In this document: piece after piece, positions 52,905 through 54,964 of the stretch | Position numbering within the stretch: the stretch's first letter is position 1 | How the letters are laid out: each line of letters begins with the position of its first letter | IMG/VR virus record: IMGVR_UViG_3300045988_176929 | DNA length: 54,964 nucleotides | From: a virus | Strand: one strand, 5' to 3' | The notes under the pieces: generated by a model | Told to the model about the DNA's origin: nothing | What the model saw: only the letters and a program-made list of their open reading frames with translations | The model's database searches: none | Translations under genes and position numbers: made by a program

Positions 52905-53140
52905 GTAATCAACCAAACCGCCGTGGTTGATTACTCCCGCAATACCTTAACAAAAAGCTGTTCGGGACATATGAAGCAAAGGTGGGGGCGGAAAATAATC
53001 GTTCCCGTTGCGAAGGATATGTCCTGGATGGCAAAAGGTAATAAACAACAAAGTTGTTTTATTATAAAGGTAAAATGGTCTGAGAACTATAAATAACATT
53101 TTAATCAGCCAACTAAAATTCAAAAATGGAGGAAAAAGAA
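52905..53140 (+). ncRNA. GC-enriched structured 5' leader (candidate cis-regulatory RNA)
   Basis: 11-bp hairpin at 52905-52934 with loop AACCGCCG; long-range stem GGGACATAT (52964-52972) / ATATGTCCT (53017-53025); hairpin AAACAAC-AAA-GTTGTTT at 53043-53059. Confidence 0.35.
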
Positions 53141-53836
53141 ATGGCAAAGAATTGGACTGTGGCAGAAGCTGTTGAAGCTATTCTGGCAGGAGATCAGGCT
53201 GCAATTGCAGACCTTGGAAAGAGATTCCCTCGTATGACTGTTGCAATTGCAAAGATGGGAACAAATGAAGGTGCACTGGAATTAATTAAGGCATTACCGG
53301 AACATGTTACTGTTCGTAAGCTGGAAGCAAATGCTAAGGATGGCATGGAAGACGAAGTAGAAGATACTGATTCTGATGAAGATTCCGAGGAGGAAGCAAC
53401 CCCGAAGAGAGGACGTAAAGCTGCATCTGATGATGATAAGAAGGCAAAGGCTAAGGCAAGACGTGAGGCACGTAAGGCTGCTAAGGCTAAGGCAGAAGCT
53501 GAGGATGATGAGGATGAAGAGGAATCTGAAGATCAGGAAGAGGAAGCAGAAGAAGTTGATTATTCCGGCATGAATGCAGTGGAGCTGTTTAAGCTTTGTA
53601 AGAAGCGTGGTATTACCTGCCAGCCTAAGCAGAAGACTAAGGTTTACATTGATCTGTTAAAGGCTGCTGATGAAGATGCGGAAGATCAGGATGAAGAAGA
53701 GGATGATGATTGGGGCGAAGAAGAAGAGGAAGCCCCAAAGAAGAAGCCCGGAAGACCTGCAAAGAAAGCAAAGGAAGAGAAACCTGCTAAGAAGGCCGCA
53801 AAAGCTGAAGACGATGATGACGACTGGGACATCTAA
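53141..53836 (+). CDS. AT-hook plus HeH/SAP-like motif protein with an SSB-like acidic DDDDDWDI tail
   Basis: ATG 8 nt after GGAGG; KKKPGRPAKKAK; YSGMNAVELFKLCKKRGITC; GC content visibly above the genome average. Confidence 0.6.
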   Translation: MAKNWTVAEAVEAILAGDQAAIADLGKRFPRMTVAIAKMGTNEGALELIKALPEHVTVRKLEANAKDGMEDEVEDTDSDEDSEEEATPKRGRKAASDDDKKAKAKARREARKAAKAKAEAEDDEDEEESEDQEEEAEEVDYSGMNAVELFKLCKKRGITCQPKQKTKVYIDLLKAADEDAEDQDEEEDDDWGEEEEEAPKKKPGRPAKKAKEEKPAKKAAKAEDDDDDWDI

Positions 53837-53900
53837 TTTGAAGTATGACTTTGAATTTATGAATCCGCCGGTTGAGTAAATAACAGATATTGAGCTTTGA

Positions 53901-53956
53901 AAAAGGAGTTAGCATTGATCGGCATTATAGCTGATTTGTGTTGAACTCCTTTTTTA
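53901..53956 (+). terminator. Terminator-like hairpin with a large loop
   Basis: AAAAGGAGTT / AACTCCTTTT 10-bp stem followed by a T run. Confidence 0.55.
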
Positions 53957-53970
53957 TTTGTGAGGTGTAT

Positions 53971-54381
53971 ATGACAACAAACGAACTTTTAGGATTAGAT
54001 TATACTGTTGAAGAAAATAAGAAATTAATTCAAAAAGCATTAAGAAGAATTAAACCTTTTGAGGATAAACCTTTAAATGAGGATATTCCTTTATTGACAT
54101 TGGAATTACTTGTGGGTAAATATGAAAGAAAATATAATCTTATGATTAATTATATATGCCCTACATTTGTTCCCGGGGAAAGAAATTTGTATTGTGCTAC
54201 AATTAAGAGAAAGGATGAAACTGGAATCCTTGAATTTATTTATGCAACAGAATTATATGAATTGTTTGCAAAGATTTCAATTTATTTCTTTTATTGTGTA
54301 AGTAAGGAAAAGGTAAAACCTGTTGACTGGAAAGAATTTAAAAAGAAAATGGAAGAAAGACTTGGTAGTAATAATAAATAA
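53971..54381 (+). CDS. Hypothetical protein
   Basis: ATG after GTGAGGTG; 136 aa. Confidence 0.5.
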   Translation: MTTNELLGLDYTVEENKKLIQKALRRIKPFEDKPLNEDIPLLTLELLVGKYERKYNLMINYICPTFVPGERNLYCATIKRKDETGILEFIYATELYELFAKISIYFFYCVSKEKVKPVDWKEFKKKMEERLGSNNK

Positions 54382-54391
54382 GGAGTTGCTT

Positions 54392-54883
54392 ATGAAAGTA
54401 AAGATATATACAGATGGTGCCTGTTCTGGTAATCCTGGGCCAGGAGGATGGGGCGGGATAATTAATTATCCAGGATTAAGTAAAAAGATATCAGGATTTA
54501 TGAAGAATACAACAAATAACCAAATGGAGTTACTAGCTGTTATTTCCTCGTTAGAAAAATTCTCTGATGATCTTATTCTTGAAAATGTTAAGGATTGTGA
54601 TTTCACAAAGATAGATCAAGTAGAAGTTATATCTGATAGTGCTTATGTTGTAAATGCTTTTAATCAGAAATGGTTTAAAACATGGGTTGTAAATGATTTT
54701 AAAACAAAGGATGGGAATGATGTTAAAAATAAGGAGTTATGGTTAAAGTTACTTTATCATTTAGATGTATTAGATTTCCTTGGTATTAGAGTTTCTTTTA
54801 TAAAAGTAAAAGGACATAATGGGGATCACTTTAATGAACTTGCTGATAAACTTGCTCGTAAACAAATAATTAATAATAAGTAG
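54392..54883 (+). CDS. rnhA: Ribonuclease HI
   Basis: IYTDGACSGNPGPGGWGGII...NNQMELLAVI...ISDSAYV...VKGHNGDHFNELADKLA. Confidence 0.9.
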   Translation: MKVKIYTDGACSGNPGPGGWGGIINYPGLSKKISGFMKNTTNNQMELLAVISSLEKFSDDLILENVKDCDFTKIDQVEVISDSAYVVNAFNQKWFKTWVVNDFKTKDGNDVKNKELWLKLLYHLDVLDFLGIRVSFIKVKGHNGDHFNELADKLARKQIINNK

Positions 54884-54964
54884 AGGAAAGGTGTGAGGGA
54901 TAATGAGCATATATGGCGAAAGCTTATTAACAAAAACATTTACAGATCATGTTTCAAAAAAAGC
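54846..54964. repeat. Second copy of the 119-bp terminal overlap
   Basis: Identical to 1..119. Confidence 0.95.

Noticed and set aside
52947-53147. Minus-strand 66-aa ORF in the GC-rich leader.
   Set aside because: It has no RBS, it is antisense to a promoter-driven structured leader, and its composition reflects the GC-rich stems.
53376-53879. Alternative + strand frames within real genes (53376..53573, 53670..53879, 16021..16254, 13726..13938, 14026..14232, 9832..10056, 40982..41260, 18891..19124, 19203..19415, 4163..4375).
   Set aside because: They are embedded out of frame in longer ORFs with clear homology or context. They have no RBS and biased K/R/L/M composition.

Overview
The window is a complete, circularly closed dsDNA tailed-phage genome of about 54,845 bp. 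Bases 1-119 repeat exactly at 54846-54964. Every credible gene is on the + strand and the genome is AT-rich. Most genes have strong AGGAGG-type ribosome-binding sites and sigma-A-like extended -10 promoters, which points to a Firmicute host. SleB-like and SpoIIID-like genes suggest a spore-forming Clostridia or Bacilli host. I see no integrase or repressor, so the phage is probably virulent. Modules in order: (1) 58-3237, small early or accessory genes including a membrane-anchored SleB-like hydrolase. (2) about 3508-7690, a very unusual AT-rich island of roughly 15% G+C described below. (3) 7691-28800, the packaging, head, tail and lysis genes: terS and terL, then a holin plus GH25/M15 endolysin cassette inserted before the portal, SPP1-gp7-like head morphogenesis, scaffold, capsid-E-like major capsid, connectors, major tail, chaperone, tape measure, Dit, Tal, two receptor-binding candidates, membrane proteins and a sigma-region-4-like HTH. 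(4) 28900-32340, a low-complexity Q/N/G/Cys-rich protein cluster. (5) 32340-32790, tandem promoters, a long hairpin and one tRNA with an atypical anticodon arm. (6) 32845-54883, replication, recombination and nucleotide metabolism: DnaG-like primase, Zn-containing SSB-like protein, P-loop kinase, all-alpha NTP pyrophosphatase, two tandem thymidylate-synthase-fold proteins, Pol III alpha, RecA, dCMP deaminase, Cas4-like nuclease, RuvC-like resolvase, SpoIIID-like regulator, an AT-hook/HeH protein and RNase HI. The strongest novelty signal is the 4.2-kb island. By hand count it contains zero CT, zero CC, four AG and three GG dinucleotides, in coding and non-coding parts alike. It encodes six paralogous acidic proteins with essentially no Gly, Pro or Trp and no Shine-Dalgarno sequences. 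It is punctuated by a 14-bp perfect palindrome, GTTTCACGTGAAAC, and by an iteron and inverted-repeat-rich segment. It ends abruptly just upstream of the terS leader. All calls come from reading the sequence and the ORF translations. No database search was run.
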